Virus record (IMG/VR): IMGVR_UViG_3300004481_002026
Coordinates: 2,870 to 66,869 of that record
Length of the DNA: 64,000 bases
Origin: a virus
Taxonomy: Duplodnaviria > Caudoviricetes
Reading direction: 5' to 3' (one strand)
Shown: positions 7,062 through 16,854 of the stretch, in pieces
Layout of the letters: every line of letters begins with the position of its first letter
Position numbering within the stretch: the stretch's first letter is position 1
The notes under the pieces: generated by a model
The model's database searches: none
Seen by the model: the letters and a program-made list of their open reading frames with translations, nothing else
What the model was told of the DNA's origin: nothing
Position numbers and translations under genes: made by a program

Positions 7062-7409
7062 ATGACAATCATCACAGATTCCGCATCTGCGGACCTGCAT
7101 GCCCGAAGAGCGGACGGCTCATCCTACCGCAAGATCGCCGAGGCGGTCGGCATGAAGACCATGACCGTCTACCAGCATCTGCGCCGCCGAGGCATCCTCA
7201 CCGCAATGCCGGTTCGCCTTGAAAGCGCCAACGACAACAACCCTGAGCGCGTCACGCGCATGTCGCCCCACAACGGCGGATGCTCCACTCTGTCTGGTAT
7301 GATGCCTGTGTCGGTCAAGCGCCTAGCAGCCAACGACAACACGCCGGACGCCGAGTCCGAACTGGCTGGCCGCGCCGTTAATGAGTACGCGATGCGGGTG
7401 GCGGCATGA
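7062..7409 (+). CDS. HTH domain protein (two ANDN motifs, ends RVAA)
   Basis: SYRKIAEAVGMKTMTVYQHL HTH; GAGGAGAC SD. Confidence 0.75.
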   Translation: MTIITDSASADLHARRADGSSYRKIAEAVGMKTMTVYQHLRRRGILTAMPVRLESANDNNPERVTRMSPHNGGCSTLSGMMPVSVKRLAANDNTPDAESELAGRAVNEYAMRVAA

Positions 7410-7714
7410 CCTCTATCCCTGAAGACATCTGCGACTGCCAGCACTTCGACGAAGGAGACTGGGTGGTCAGCCGCCTGAACGGCTCGGTATTCGGCATCGT
7501 TGTCGGCGAGTCCAGCTTCGGCCGGTTCTACGAGGTCCAACTCGTCGACACGCTGGAAATCAAGCCATTCCACGGCGTCACATTGCGCCACATGGAATTC
7601 ATGGGCGAGCCGCCGACAGAGGCCAGCATGCCTGTTGGCGACAACGTTGTGCATGTGGATTTCACAAAGCGCCGTCCGATGACGGTGGATAGCAACACGG
7701 AAGGAGCGGCGTGA
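7406..7714 (+). CDS. Hypothetical phage protein
   Basis: ATGA coupled; SH3-like FDEGDWVVSR start. Confidence 0.7.
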   Translation: MTSIPEDICDCQHFDEGDWVVSRLNGSVFGIVVGESSFGRFYEVQLVDTLEIKPFHGVTLRHMEFMGEPPTEASMPVGDNVVHVDFTKRRPMTVDSNTEGAA

Positions 7715-8538
7715 TGGGAAAGTTTAAAGTGGGCGATCGGGTTCGCCTTAAGCGGTATTCTTATGGCGGCGAAAAGGGTTTTGAAGCCATCGTCAGCAAA
7801 GTTGAGTTTTTCGGCTATGCTAAGACGTGGTGGTATTGGCTGGGTGAGAAGCGAGCATTCTCAAGCGACGGCAGTTTCCCAGAGACAGATCTCGAACTCG
7901 TCTCGCCCGTTTGGGTGCCGAAGGTAGGCGATCGGGTTCGGTCTTTGGTTGACTGGTGCGACGTGAAGAAAGGAAATGATTACTCTGTCGAGGAGATCAG
8001 CGGAACAGGCGTATGGGTCAAGGTGACTGGCGCGTACAACCACTTTATGGACTTCAAGGAGATCGAACCACCCACCGTCACCATCGAACCCGGCAAGTTC
8101 TACAAGACCCGCGACGGGCGCAAGGTGGGGCCGGTTGTTGTGGCGCAGGGTAACGGTGAGCCGTGGCCGTGGAAGCTAGAGAGCGGCACGCACTACTACA
8201 AGGAAGACGGTCATTCTTGCCCCGGTTATGCTCATCGCCACGACGATAAGGACGACCTCATCGCCGAATGGCAGGAGCCCGCCGCCACTGCTGCCGTCGT
8301 CCCGTCAGCGCAGGTTGACGCGCTGGCCGAAGAGTATGGGCCGGCTGCGACGCCGCATCCTTGGAAGCGGTATGCCGTCACAGAGCCAGTTGAAGTTGCA
8401 GCCAGCAGCGACAACAGCCGTGACCTGACAATCACCATTTCGACGGACGCCGCACAGACCAACGAAGCGCTCGACGAGATCATCACCAAGCTGAAGAAAA
8501 TCCGAAAGCTTCAGCGCGAAGTCGGTATCGCCGCCTAA
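7711..8538 (+). CDS. Hypothetical modular phage protein (repeated KVGDRVR modules)
   Basis: 275 aa ORF in the operon with an internal repeat. Confidence 0.75.
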   Translation: MMGKFKVGDRVRLKRYSYGGEKGFEAIVSKVEFFGYAKTWWYWLGEKRAFSSDGSFPETDLELVSPVWVPKVGDRVRSLVDWCDVKKGNDYSVEEISGTGVWVKVTGAYNHFMDFKEIEPPTVTIEPGKFYKTRDGRKVGPVVVAQGNGEPWPWKLESGTHYYKEDGHSCPGYAHRHDDKDDLIAEWQEPAATAAVVPSAQVDALAEEYGPAATPHPWKRYAVTEPVEVAASSDNSRDLTITISTDAAQTNEALDEIITKLKKIRKLQREVGIAA

Positions 8539-8605
8539 CCACCCCACCACCCTCACCACAACAAACCCTCCTGCTTCGGCAGGAGGGCAGAGGAGGCTTT
8601 TGCAA

Positions 8606-8794
8606 ATGAGCAGACAGACAGAACGTGCAGATGCACGCCGCCAAGCCAAAATCGACAAGGCAAACGAACGCAAGCCAGGTAGTTATCCGGCCAGCCGCGA
8701 CGTGCCGTTCCTCGCAACCGGCAAGACCTACCCGCGCAGCAGCAAGCGTGAAGCCGCTCGCCATGCTGGCGTCACCCTGCAGGCCGCAGCATGA
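8606..8794 (+). CDS. Hypothetical basic protein
   Basis: AGGAGG SD; coupled to the next gene. Confidence 0.65.
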   Translation: MSRQTERADARRQAKIDKANERKPGSYPASRDVPFLATGKTYPRSSKREAARHAGVTLQAAA

Positions 8795-9057
8795 CCCGCG
8801 TTGACCCCATCACCGAATCCATCAGACGCTACCCCGGCGATCGCGTTCCGCCAATCCCCAAACCACCGCTGGACTACGCGCCAACGGCCAAAGTCTACAA
8901 GCCGCGCCGCGGTCTGAAACGAGCCATTAAGGCCGGTCTGGTTGCGGCGCTCATCATCACAGTCGCAATCTACACGCCTTGGCTGCTTGCGTTGGCGGTG
9001 GTCGGCTACTTCGCAGTTTTGGCGTGGGGCGTCGTCCGGACAGGGTGGCCGGTGTGA
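8791..9057 (+). CDS. Hypothetical membrane protein
   Basis: C-terminal hydrophobic helices; ATGA coupling. Confidence 0.65.
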   Translation: MTRVDPITESIRRYPGDRVPPIPKPPLDYAPTAKVYKPRRGLKRAIKAGLVAALIITVAIYTPWLLALAVVGYFAVLAWGVVRTGWPV

Positions 9058-9200
9058 GCACGACAACCAGAAACCCCGGCGTCCTCGGCGACCACGTCAA
9101 CAGCCCACCGCCGCCGGACTTTCGGCGCTTCGTTCGGATCGTCGCGGTCTTTGGCGTCGCGCTCATCATGCTGGCCGCGATGTTCGGCAATGCTCATTAG
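9054..9200 (+). CDS. Small membrane protein
   Basis: GTGA coupling; C-terminal transmembrane helix. Confidence 0.5.
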   Translation: MSTTTRNPGVLGDHVNSPPPPDFRRFVRIVAVFGVALIMLAAMFGNAH

Positions 9201-9216
9201 TCGGAAAGGAATTTGA

Positions 9217-10032
9217 ATGGCAATTAACTGGACACACGGGCTCAAACGGACGAACGACCCGTTCCCGCCCATCATCGTACTTTACGGCGGTGAAGGTGAC
9301 GGCAAGACATCCTTCGGCGGAGACTGGCCGAACCCTCTGTACGTACAGACCGGCAAGCGAGAGCGGCCTGCCGCTGGATATGGCGACAAGCTTCTCTCGT
9401 GGGGCCTGACAGACAGCTACGAGGAGTTCAACGACCAGATCGACTTCATGCTGAACGCCGACCACGACCGCCTGACGTTCGTTGTCGATACGCTCGACTG
9501 CCTGGAGACGATCGTCATTGCCGAAGCGTGCCGCAGGCAAGGCTGGAGCGACATCACAGACGGCAAGTTCTCTGACCCGAAGAATGCTACGGCGCAGGTG
9601 TGGCGGGAAGTCATCGACAAGTTCGTCGATCTCAAGGAAGCGGGTTACGCCGTCATCCTGATCGCTCACGTCAAGACAAAGACCGAGCCGGGAGTGACCA
9701 CCGACAGTTACCCGCGTTATCGGCTCAACCTGCGCATGGATGACGACGCCAATTCGCTTGCCCACGCCGCCGATATCGTCGGCTTCGTTCACCAGCGTGT
9801 TTCCATCCAAAAAGAGTCCGGCGGCTTCCACAAGGACAACGTCAAGAAGCGCGGCGAAGGCAGCGGTGAGCGTCTGATCGGCGTCGAGAACCGCCCCGGC
9901 TACGTCGCCAAGAACAAATACGGCCTGAAGGGCGCACTGTCCTACAAGCAAGGCGAGGGCTTTAAGATGTTCGAGCCGCACGTCATCGCGCCGTATGGCC
10001 GCCCGCCGTCTGAAGAAGACGAGGCGGCATAA
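9217..10032 (+). CDS. AAA-family ATPase, Sak4-like single-strand annealing recombinase
   Basis: Walker A LYGGEGDGKT, Walker B FVVDTLD, ILIAH and DIVGF motifs; precedes an SSB-like gene. Confidence 0.8.
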   Translation: MAINWTHGLKRTNDPFPPIIVLYGGEGDGKTSFGGDWPNPLYVQTGKRERPAAGYGDKLLSWGLTDSYEEFNDQIDFMLNADHDRLTFVVDTLDCLETIVIAEACRRQGWSDITDGKFSDPKNATAQVWREVIDKFVDLKEAGYAVILIAHVKTKTEPGVTTDSYPRYRLNLRMDDDANSLAHAADIVGFVHQRVSIQKESGGFHKDNVKKRGEGSGERLIGVENRPGYVAKNKYGLKGALSYKQGEGFKMFEPHVIAPYGRPPSEEDEAA

Positions 10033-10077
10033 CACCAACCACCACCAAGACCACCAACCACCACAAGGAGACTACGC

Positions 10078-10713
10078 ATGGCTAGACTTGAATTTGAATA
10101 CAAGGTCGAAGAAGAAAATACCGAAAAGCAGGGCGGCAGCGGCGGCATCCTGCCCCACATGTACGCGAAGCTTGAGGCGGAGGCGATGGAAATCCTGCCG
10201 ACCGAGGATAACAAGGGCCACCGCCTGAATATCACCTTCTCAGTCATTGGCCCTGAGCAGTTCGACCGCCGCAAGTTCTGGGCCGACTGGACTATCTCCC
10301 ACCCTGATACCTACAACTACGGCCGGTACAAGTACGGCAAGCCGATGTTTGACCGGTTCATGCGGGCCGCAGGCATCGACCTTGAACTGTTCGAGCAAGA
10401 CCCTGATACCGATCACCTCATCCTTAAGTCGTTCGTTGCCGAGGTCGGCATTCAGATCGGCAGCCCCGTACCCGGCAAGCCAGGCGAGTTCTACAAGGAC
10501 AAAAACCAGATCGACCGCTTCTTCTATCCTGATGATAATGCCAAGGAGCCGATTCCAGAACTCGGCATCATTGGCGACGGCACACAGGGCAAGAAGCGCA
10601 ACGTTGCCGGATCTTCCACTCCCGCCAACGACAACCGCCCTTCCACACCAGCCGCTCGCGCTGCTGCGCCGGCCGAGAAGGGCAAGTCTCCTTGGGCTAA
10701 GAAGGCGGCGTGA
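10078..10713 (+). CDS. DUF669-like phage single-stranded DNA-binding protein
   Basis: Position after Sak4; RKFW...KNQI motifs; low-complexity tail ending PWAKKAA. Confidence 0.7.
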   Translation: MARLEFEYKVEEENTEKQGGSGGILPHMYAKLEAEAMEILPTEDNKGHRLNITFSVIGPEQFDRRKFWADWTISHPDTYNYGRYKYGKPMFDRFMRAAGIDLELFEQDPDTDHLILKSFVAEVGIQIGSPVPGKPGEFYKDKNQIDRFFYPDDNAKEPIPELGIIGDGTQGKKRNVAGSSTPANDNRPSTPAARAAAPAEKGKSPWAKKAA

Positions 10714-10790
10714 TCGTCGATTGGTTGCCGCTTGTGGTTGCTGGCTTGCTTCTCGCGGGCTTCGCAATCGAAAAGTGGCTCTACGGATAA
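10710..10790 (+). CDS. Small hydrophobic peptide (26 aa)
   Basis: Hand-translated; GTGA overlap; single transmembrane stretch. Confidence 0.4.
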   Translation: MIVDWLPLVVAGLLLAGFAIEKWLYG

Positions 10791-10842
10791 CCACCACCAA
10801 CCAAAGGCGGGCGCTTCGGCGCTCGCCATAGAGGAGACGAGT

Positions 10843-11022
10843 ATGGAATACGATGTTGAAAAGGCGACTGAATATCTGGTGACTGGCGGGCTTGGCGAAG
10901 TTATCGGCCTCGCCGATGGCGCGCGCTTTATGCAATCGCCAAAGGTGCAAATGGACACGGATATGGCCATGGCCCTCTGCCTGCTTGCCGACGAGGCGCT
11001 GAAGGCGCGAGTGGCAGTCTGA
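10843..11022 (+). CDS. Hypothetical protein
   Basis: GAGGAGAC SD; coupled to the next ORF. Confidence 0.6.
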   Translation: MEYDVEKATEYLVTGGLGEVIGLADGARFMQSPKVQMDTDMAMALCLLADEALKARVAV

Positions 11023-11426
11023 TGGGTGACAAGAATTTCAAATGGTGGATTGCCGACAGCGAGGACGCCGACTTCTATCAAGGTCCATATGCCGATCGCA
11101 ACGAGGCAATTCAGGTCGGAACCTGCGACTTCGACGGCGAGCCGTTCTACATCGTCGAGGCAGACAAGAGCGTCCTGACTTCCAACATCGACGGCGAGTC
11201 ATATGCCGAGCGCATCATGGATGACCTCTGCGAAAACAACGAAGAGTGCTTCGGTGAGGACGGCCCTGACGACCCATGGGCGGAGTACACCTTGCCGCAC
11301 AAGGCACTTGGCGACCTGATCGAGAAAGCCGTCGATGAATGGCTCAAGGTCATGCCCGCGAAGACGTGGTCTTTCGGCACGCAGCGAAACGGCGAGACGA
11401 TTACGCCGACCGCAGAAGCAGCCTAA
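11022..11426 (+). CDS. Hypothetical acidic phage protein
   Basis: 134 aa ORF in the operon. Confidence 0.7.
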   Translation: MGDKNFKWWIADSEDADFYQGPYADRNEAIQVGTCDFDGEPFYIVEADKSVLTSNIDGESYAERIMDDLCENNEECFGEDGPDDPWAEYTLPHKALGDLIEKAVDEWLKVMPAKTWSFGTQRNGETITPTAEAA

Positions 11427-11474
11427 CCACAACGGCGGGCCTCACCAGCCCGCCAACCACCCCGAGGAGACATT

Positions 11475-12527
11475 ATGAAGCTAACCATTCCTAAATCTGA
11501 TTTGTCCAGACTGATAACCGGCGTCGGCAAAGTCGTGGAATCCAGAAACACGATCCCTATCCTTTCCAACGTCCTGCTCACCGCGACAGCCGACACATTG
11601 ACGGTACGCGGCACGGATCTGGATATCGAGGCTACGGCCTCCGTTGCCGCGTCCTGCTCGCCGGGAGCAATCTGCGTCGACGCCAAGCTGTTCGCGGGCA
11701 TTGTTGCCAAGGCTGGCGGCGATATTTCCCTGCAAACGGAAGGCGACAAGCTGATCGTCAAGTCGGGCCGCTCTCGCTTTTCGTTGCAGACGCTACCCGC
11801 CGAAGACTTCCCGACAATGGCAGGCGGAACCTTCGACGCCACATTCGATATCGATCTGGCCGCGCTGTTTGCGCCGGTGGCGTTCGCTATCTCGACCGAA
11901 GAGACCCGCTATTATCTAAATGGCGTGTTCTTCCGTGGCTATGATGGCAAGACAGTCGCGGTCGCAACGGACGGCCACCGTCTCGGCCGCCACTTTGGCG
12001 CCGCCACGGCCGACTTCGAAGGCGTCATCGTTCCGCGCAAAACTGTATCGCTGCTCCCGAAAGGCACGGTATTGGTCTCGGTCTCGACCAACCGCATCCA
12101 GATTTCCAGCGCCGACTTCGTCATGACTTCCAAGCTAATCGACGGCACGTTCCCCGATTATGAGCGCGTCATTCCCAAGGCCAACGACAAGATCGTCACG
12201 GTTGATCGCGATGAAATGATGAAGGCTGCCGACCGTGTTGCGGCTGTCTCGTCGGAGCGTGGCAAGGCTGTAAAACTCAGCATCGCGCCGGGTGGCATTG
12301 CGCTTTCGGCATCGTCTGAAGTCGGACAGGCCGAAGACGAAGTTGCCGCCGAATACAGCGGCGAGCCTGCGGTTATTGGCTTTAACGCAGGCTACCTGCG
12401 CGACATCATGACTGTGCTCCCGTCTGGCTCGGTCACGCTGGCCATTGCGGATGGCGGCTCGCCTGGACTCATTACGTCGGCTGGTTTTGAGGGGCTGACG
12501 CTCGTTGCAATGCCGATGAGGGTCTGA
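11475..12527 (+). CDS. dnaN: DNA polymerase III beta sliding clamp (phage-encoded)
   Basis: Hallmark motifs TIPILSNVLL, TDLDIE, TEETRYYLNGV, VATDGHRL, SKLIDGTFPDYERVIP, IGFNAGYL, MPMRV. Confidence 0.95.
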   Translation: MKLTIPKSDLSRLITGVGKVVESRNTIPILSNVLLTATADTLTVRGTDLDIEATASVAASCSPGAICVDAKLFAGIVAKAGGDISLQTEGDKLIVKSGRSRFSLQTLPAEDFPTMAGGTFDATFDIDLAALFAPVAFAISTEETRYYLNGVFFRGYDGKTVAVATDGHRLGRHFGAATADFEGVIVPRKTVSLLPKGTVLVSVSTNRIQISSADFVMTSKLIDGTFPDYERVIPKANDKIVTVDRDEMMKAADRVAAVSSERGKAVKLSIAPGGIALSASSEVGQAEDEVAAEYSGEPAVIGFNAGYLRDIMTVLPSGSVTLAIADGGSPGLITSAGFEGLTLVAMPMRV

Positions 12528-12799
12528 TGGCGTGGCCTCCAGCAGATGGCACGCCATACATGCCAGCCAATGGCACGGAAGGTGAAATCTTTGACGAAAA
12601 CTGGTGCTCGCATTGTTCGCGAGACGCCGCCTTCCGTCTTGATATGGCCAGCAACGACGGCTGCGAAATTCTCGCCGCCGCCTACCGTGGCGAACAGCAA
12701 GCGGCATGGTCTTGGATAAAGGGCATGCCGTCGTGCGCCAACTTCAGCGACGACCCCACCAACCCCGTTCGCTGCCCGTTTACCAAGGAGATGTTTTAG
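12527..12799 (+). CDS. Hypothetical Cys-rich phage protein
   Basis: PANGTEGEIFDENWCSHC; coupled start. Confidence 0.65.
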   Translation: MAWPPADGTPYMPANGTEGEIFDENWCSHCSRDAAFRLDMASNDGCEILAAAYRGEQQAAWSWIKGMPSCANFSDDPTNPVRCPFTKEMF

Positions 12800-12800
12800 C

Positions 12801-13730
12801 TTGGCCCAAATCCCAGTCATAACCCCGTCGACAATCGCCGCCATTGATCAACACTACGTTGACGAGGCTAGTGATTGGGATTCCTTGGGCATTTCCGTGT
12901 CACTGGCGGGTGCTGAGTGCCATCGTGCGCTTTGGTACGAGTTCCGGTGGGTATCGCAGCCGGAGCCCGCCACGGGCAAACGTCAGCGGTTGTTCGAGCG
13001 CGGGCAAGACGATGAAGACAAGATGATGCGCGACCTGCGGGCCATCGGCGTCGAAGTATGGGGCGAGCAGGAGAAGGCGCGGGCCGTTCATGGCTTCGTG
13101 CGCGGCAAACTGGACGGCATTGCACTTGGATTGCGTGAGGCGCCAAAGACAACTCATGTTGTGGAATGTAAGAGCGTAAACACCAAAGGCTTTAAGGCCA
13201 TCGTAAAGGATGGGGTCAAGAAGGCCAAGCCTCTCCACTTCGCTCAGATCCAGTTATATCAACACATCATGGGCATCAACCGCGGATTCTACTATGTGAA
13301 GCGCGCGGATACGCAGGAATACTGGTCGGAGCGCGTCGAATATGATGTCGAGTTCTGCCTGCGTCTTTTGGCTAACCTTGAGCGGATCATCTTCAGTGAC
13401 GAGCCACCCGGTCGGCTATCGGAGAATCCGGAGTTCTTTGGCTGCTCGTTTTGCAAGCACCACGCCGTTTGCCATGAGGCCGCCATTCCGCGTGTGACTT
13501 GCCGCACTTGCCTTCACTTCCAGCCAGAGCGTGGTGGCGATTGCCACGTGTCGTGCCAGCGCTGGTCTAAGCCCTTGTCGATCGCAGAGCAGCGCGACTC
13601 GTGCCCTGCTCATCTATTTTTGCCGACTCTCGTCGATGGCGAACAAATCGACGTCGATCCCGAACGGGAGACAATCACCTACAAAATGAGGTCCGGCGGA
13701 ATCTGGATCGACGGCGCAACCAACGCCTGA
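12801..13730 (+). CDS. RecB/Cas4-like PD-(D/E)XK exonuclease
   Basis: GKLDG, VVECK and AQIQLY motifs; one N-terminal Cys plus C-terminal C..FCKHHAVC Fe-S-like ligands. Confidence 0.85.
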   Translation: MAQIPVITPSTIAAIDQHYVDEASDWDSLGISVSLAGAECHRALWYEFRWVSQPEPATGKRQRLFERGQDDEDKMMRDLRAIGVEVWGEQEKARAVHGFVRGKLDGIALGLREAPKTTHVVECKSVNTKGFKAIVKDGVKKAKPLHFAQIQLYQHIMGINRGFYYVKRADTQEYWSERVEYDVEFCLRLLANLERIIFSDEPPGRLSENPEFFGCSFCKHHAVCHEAAIPRVTCRTCLHFQPERGGDCHVSCQRWSKPLSIAEQRDSCPAHLFLPTLVDGEQIDVDPERETITYKMRSGGIWIDGATNA

Positions 13731-13754
13731 GCCACCACCACATGAGGAGACAAC

Positions 13755-14228
13755 ATGACCGCCACTGCCCGCCCCGCGTCCTTTGACGCCGACATCCTGA
13801 AATACCTACCCGGCTTGCGCAACCTGGCTTATCGTCTCGGCTGGCGGGAAGATGACCGGGACGAGCTTGTCAACGACACGATCGTCGATGCGCTCAACCG
13901 GTGGAAGACCTACAAAGAAGAATACGGCCTGTGGAGCTTTCTCCAGTTCGCCATGCGGTCGTTGAGCAAGGTTCGGCGGGCCAGAGCCAACCGCAATGTG
14001 TCGGTGATTGAGTTCCGTGAGGAATACAGCGCCGCCGTTGCGCCGTCTCAGCTCGACTATGCCGAACTATCCGAGACGCTGCGCCGACTGTCTGGGACGC
14101 GCGATAGCGAGGCTTTGATGCGGATATCCATGGGTGAGGAGCTTGGTGAAGTCAGCGCCGATATGGGTGTGTCAAAGCAGCGGGTTTTCCAACTTTGCCA
14201 GCGTGAGCGGGCGCGGTTGGCATGCTAG
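13755..14228 (+). CDS. Sigma-70 family (ECF-like) RNA polymerase sigma factor
   Basis: Region 2-like LPGLRNLAYRL...DELVNDT; region 4-like ELGEVSADMGVSKQRVFQL. Confidence 0.75.
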   Translation: MTATARPASFDADILKYLPGLRNLAYRLGWREDDRDELVNDTIVDALNRWKTYKEEYGLWSFLQFAMRSLSKVRRARANRNVSVIEFREEYSAAVAPSQLDYAELSETLRRLSGTRDSEALMRISMGEELGEVSADMGVSKQRVFQLCQRERARLAC

Positions 14229-15997
14229 AACTCCGCGGCTATCAAAGAGACAGCATCGACGCACTCTACTCCTACTGGCAAAATGGCGGCGGCAACGGCC
14301 TTATCGTGCTCCCAACCGGCGCCGGGAAGGCGCTCGTCATTGCCAAAATCATTGAGGAATTGCTGGCTGACTATCCGGCCATGCGCATCGTCAACGTCAC
14401 GCATTCGGCCAGCCTCGTCGAGCAGAACTTCAAGGAGTTCATTGGCTTATCGCCTTTTGCTCCTGCAGGAATTTACTCTGCCAGCCTCAACCGGCGGGAC
14501 GCGCGCGCGCAGGTGCTGTTCTGCGGCATTCAGTCGGTATGGAACAAGGTCGACCAGCTTGGCGACATTGACCTCATCCTCGTCGACGAGGCCCACGCCA
14601 TCAGCCGCAATGCCGACACTCAGTACGGCAAGTTCTTTGCGGACGTGCGCGCACGCAATCCGGATAGTCGCGTATCTGGCACCACCGCGACCGACTATCG
14701 TATGGATTCCGGCCGCCTGACGGATGGCGAGGACGAGGAAGAACTGGTCGCCGTGGACGAGGAAGGCAAGGCCGTGCTGGTCAAGCCGAAGCGCGTCAAG
14801 TTGTTCGACGATGTGGTCTATGAAATCGGCATCGCCGAGCTGATGGAGCAGGGCTATCTCACGCGCCTCACCAGCCAGAAGACCACCAGCAAGATTGACC
14901 TGAAGGGCCTGCACACACGCGGCGGCGAGTACGTCCCCGGCGAGGTGTCCGCGGCGGCAGAGAAGATCATCGAAGAGGCTGTGGCGGAAGACATGGTTAT
15001 GTCGGAAGGCCGCCGTGCTGCGCTGTTCTTCTCGACCAGCAAGGAGAACGCCAACCACATCGCCGAGGCCATCCGTCGGCACGGGCGGACCTGCGCCGTC
15101 CTGACCAGCGACAACGCGCACCAGACCAAGGAGATTTTCGAGGGCTTCCGGTCTGGCAAATACTGGGCGATTTCGTCTGTCTCGATGATCACTACCGGCA
15201 CGAACTTTCCGTTTGTGGATTTTATTTCGCTCATCTTGTCTACCAAGAGCGCTGGCAAACTCGTCCAGATTTTGGGTCGTGGAACGCGCAACTATCCCGG
15301 CAAGGATGATTGCCTCATCGCCGACCATGGCAAGAATCTGGCGTACCACGGGCCGATTGATCAGATCCGACCGAAAGACCCTGGCAGCGGTGACGGCGAG
15401 CAGCCGAAGAAGGTTTGCCCAACGGAAGAGACGGGTGGGAAGCAGGACGAGAATGGCAACTGGGGGTGCGGCGAGGCTATCCCTATCTCGTTCATGAAGT
15501 GCCATTGCTGCGGCTACATCTTCCCGCCGAATGAGGAAGAGAAGATCACGGCTGAGGCTGCGGCCGCTCCGGTGCTTTCGACGGAAAAGCCTTGGTATCC
15601 GGTATCGCTGCGTACTTTCCGTCATCATCCTGGAAAACTAGACGACAAGGGCAAGCAGAAGCCAGACTCCGTCAAGGTCACCTTCATGACGGGTATGAAG
15701 GCGGTCAATCAATGGATGTGCTGCGAGCATCCGTCTGGCTCATTCCCGAAGGCGCAGGCCGAACGTTGGTGGATCCGTCACAACGGCAAGCGTCCCGCGC
15801 CAAAGAGCGTCGTCGAGTGGCTGGAGCGTGCCAACGAACTGGATGAGACTGCGGAGATCCAGTTGGATTATAGCCGCAACCCGAAGTACCCCGACGTCAA
15901 AGACTTCCGCGTCGGCCCCGCCAACGACAATCAACCAGCGCCGGCGAACGATAACAGCAAGTGGGCGCGGGACATGGACGATTTTATACCGTTTTAG
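14222..15997 (+). CDS. SF2 DEAD/DEAH-box helicase with Zn ribbon (RadD/YejH-like)
   Basis: LPTGAGKA, DEAH, TAT, TGTNFP, QILGRGTR; CP..C, C..C..CGY. Confidence 0.9.
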   Translation: MLELRGYQRDSIDALYSYWQNGGGNGLIVLPTGAGKALVIAKIIEELLADYPAMRIVNVTHSASLVEQNFKEFIGLSPFAPAGIYSASLNRRDARAQVLFCGIQSVWNKVDQLGDIDLILVDEAHAISRNADTQYGKFFADVRARNPDSRVSGTTATDYRMDSGRLTDGEDEEELVAVDEEGKAVLVKPKRVKLFDDVVYEIGIAELMEQGYLTRLTSQKTTSKIDLKGLHTRGGEYVPGEVSAAAEKIIEEAVAEDMVMSEGRRAALFFSTSKENANHIAEAIRRHGRTCAVLTSDNAHQTKEIFEGFRSGKYWAISSVSMITTGTNFPFVDFISLILSTKSAGKLVQILGRGTRNYPGKDDCLIADHGKNLAYHGPIDQIRPKDPGSGDGEQPKKVCPTEETGGKQDENGNWGCGEAIPISFMKCHCCGYIFPPNEEEKITAEAAAAPVLSTEKPWYPVSLRTFRHHPGKLDDKGKQKPDSVKVTFMTGMKAVNQWMCCEHPSGSFPKAQAERWWIRHNGKRPAPKSVVEWLERANELDETAEIQLDYSRNPKYPDVKDFRVGPANDNQPAPANDNSKWARDMDDFIPF

Positions 15998-16015
15998 GTC
16001 GGCCGGTCTTGCGGG

Positions 16016-16046
16016 TTGACAATTTTGTAAATATAAACTATTGTCA
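16016..16046 (+). promoter_or_regulatory. Promoter/operator cassette copy 4
   Basis: ttgacaattttgtaaatataaactattgtca. Confidence 0.85.
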
Positions 16047-16077
16047 CGATTACCACACCACCACACCGAGGAGACTG

Positions 16078-16251
16078 ATGATGGCCTACTTCAACAAACT
16101 CGGAACGGTCGCGTGGGCCAAGGAGATCATGGCTATGGTCCAGCGCCTCGAATGCGAGGGTGTGAAGTTGAACATGCGCGAGACCATCGAACGACGCGAG
16201 GCCATGAGAATTATAAACACCAATGACACCACACCAAGGAGACTGATGTGA
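16078..16251 (+). CDS. Hypothetical protein
   Basis: GAGGAGAC SD after the promoter cassette. Confidence 0.6.
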   Translation: MMAYFNKLGTVAWAKEIMAMVQRLECEGVKLNMRETIERREAMRIINTNDTTPRRLM

Positions 16252-16652
16252 GCGACAGAAGACATGAAGAGGAAATGCGCCGCGCGTTAATCACCGACGG
16301 CGAAAAACTGGCGGCCTTGTCTGGTGAAGACCACGGCCCGTGGGATTTGGTGACGGAAGAGGACGCAATGATGATTGCGTCAGACATCACAGGCATGAGC
16401 CCGTGCGAGGTTCGACAGTCGTTTTTCTGGGAGTCATCCGCTCGCCGGCTGTCCGCCTATATTGTAGGCCAGACACCCGTTGCGGCTGGCAATGAATGGA
16501 TTGAGTGGGACGGCGGGGAACAGCCCGTTGCAGACGAAGTTCGCCTCGAAGTCGTGCTCCAGAATGGCATGCAGTACGAAGAGTACAGCGACGAGATTCG
16601 CTGGAATAAGAAAAACGATCGCGATGTTGGGCGCTACCGGCTCGCCACATGA
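16248..16652 (+). CDS. Hypothetical phage protein with WIEW.GG..PV domain
   Basis: Shares this domain with 57879-58076. Confidence 0.7.
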   Translation: MSDRRHEEEMRRALITDGEKLAALSGEDHGPWDLVTEEDAMMIASDITGMSPCEVRQSFFWESSARRLSAYIVGQTPVAAGNEWIEWDGGEQPVADEVRLEVVLQNGMQYEEYSDEIRWNKKNDRDVGRYRLAT

Positions 16653-16813
16653 ACTCTCCATCCCAATCCCCCTCCCAAATCATCGCCACCGAGACCGGCC
16701 CCATCAAAGCAGCAATCATTCTAGCCGCGCTTCGTGCTGCGGGTTGGGAGGTGGTGCGGAGTGATGAAGAAACCCCGATTGCCGACTTGGTTTGGAACTG
16801 GCCGAAGCAGTAA
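16649..16813 (+). CDS. Small hypothetical protein (54 aa)
   Basis: Hand-translated; ATGA overlap with the upstream gene. Confidence 0.45.
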   Translation: MNSPSQSPSQIIATETGPIKAAIILAALRAAGWEVVRSDEETPIADLVWNWPKQ

Positions 16814-16854
16814 CAGCGCCAACCAGCGCACCACCACCACAAGAGGAGATTGAA

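Noticed and set aside
12801-13730. CRISPR adaptation Cas4
   Set aside because: No Cas1/Cas2; it lies in a Sak4-SSB-helicase module where RecB/Cas4-like exonucleases are routine.
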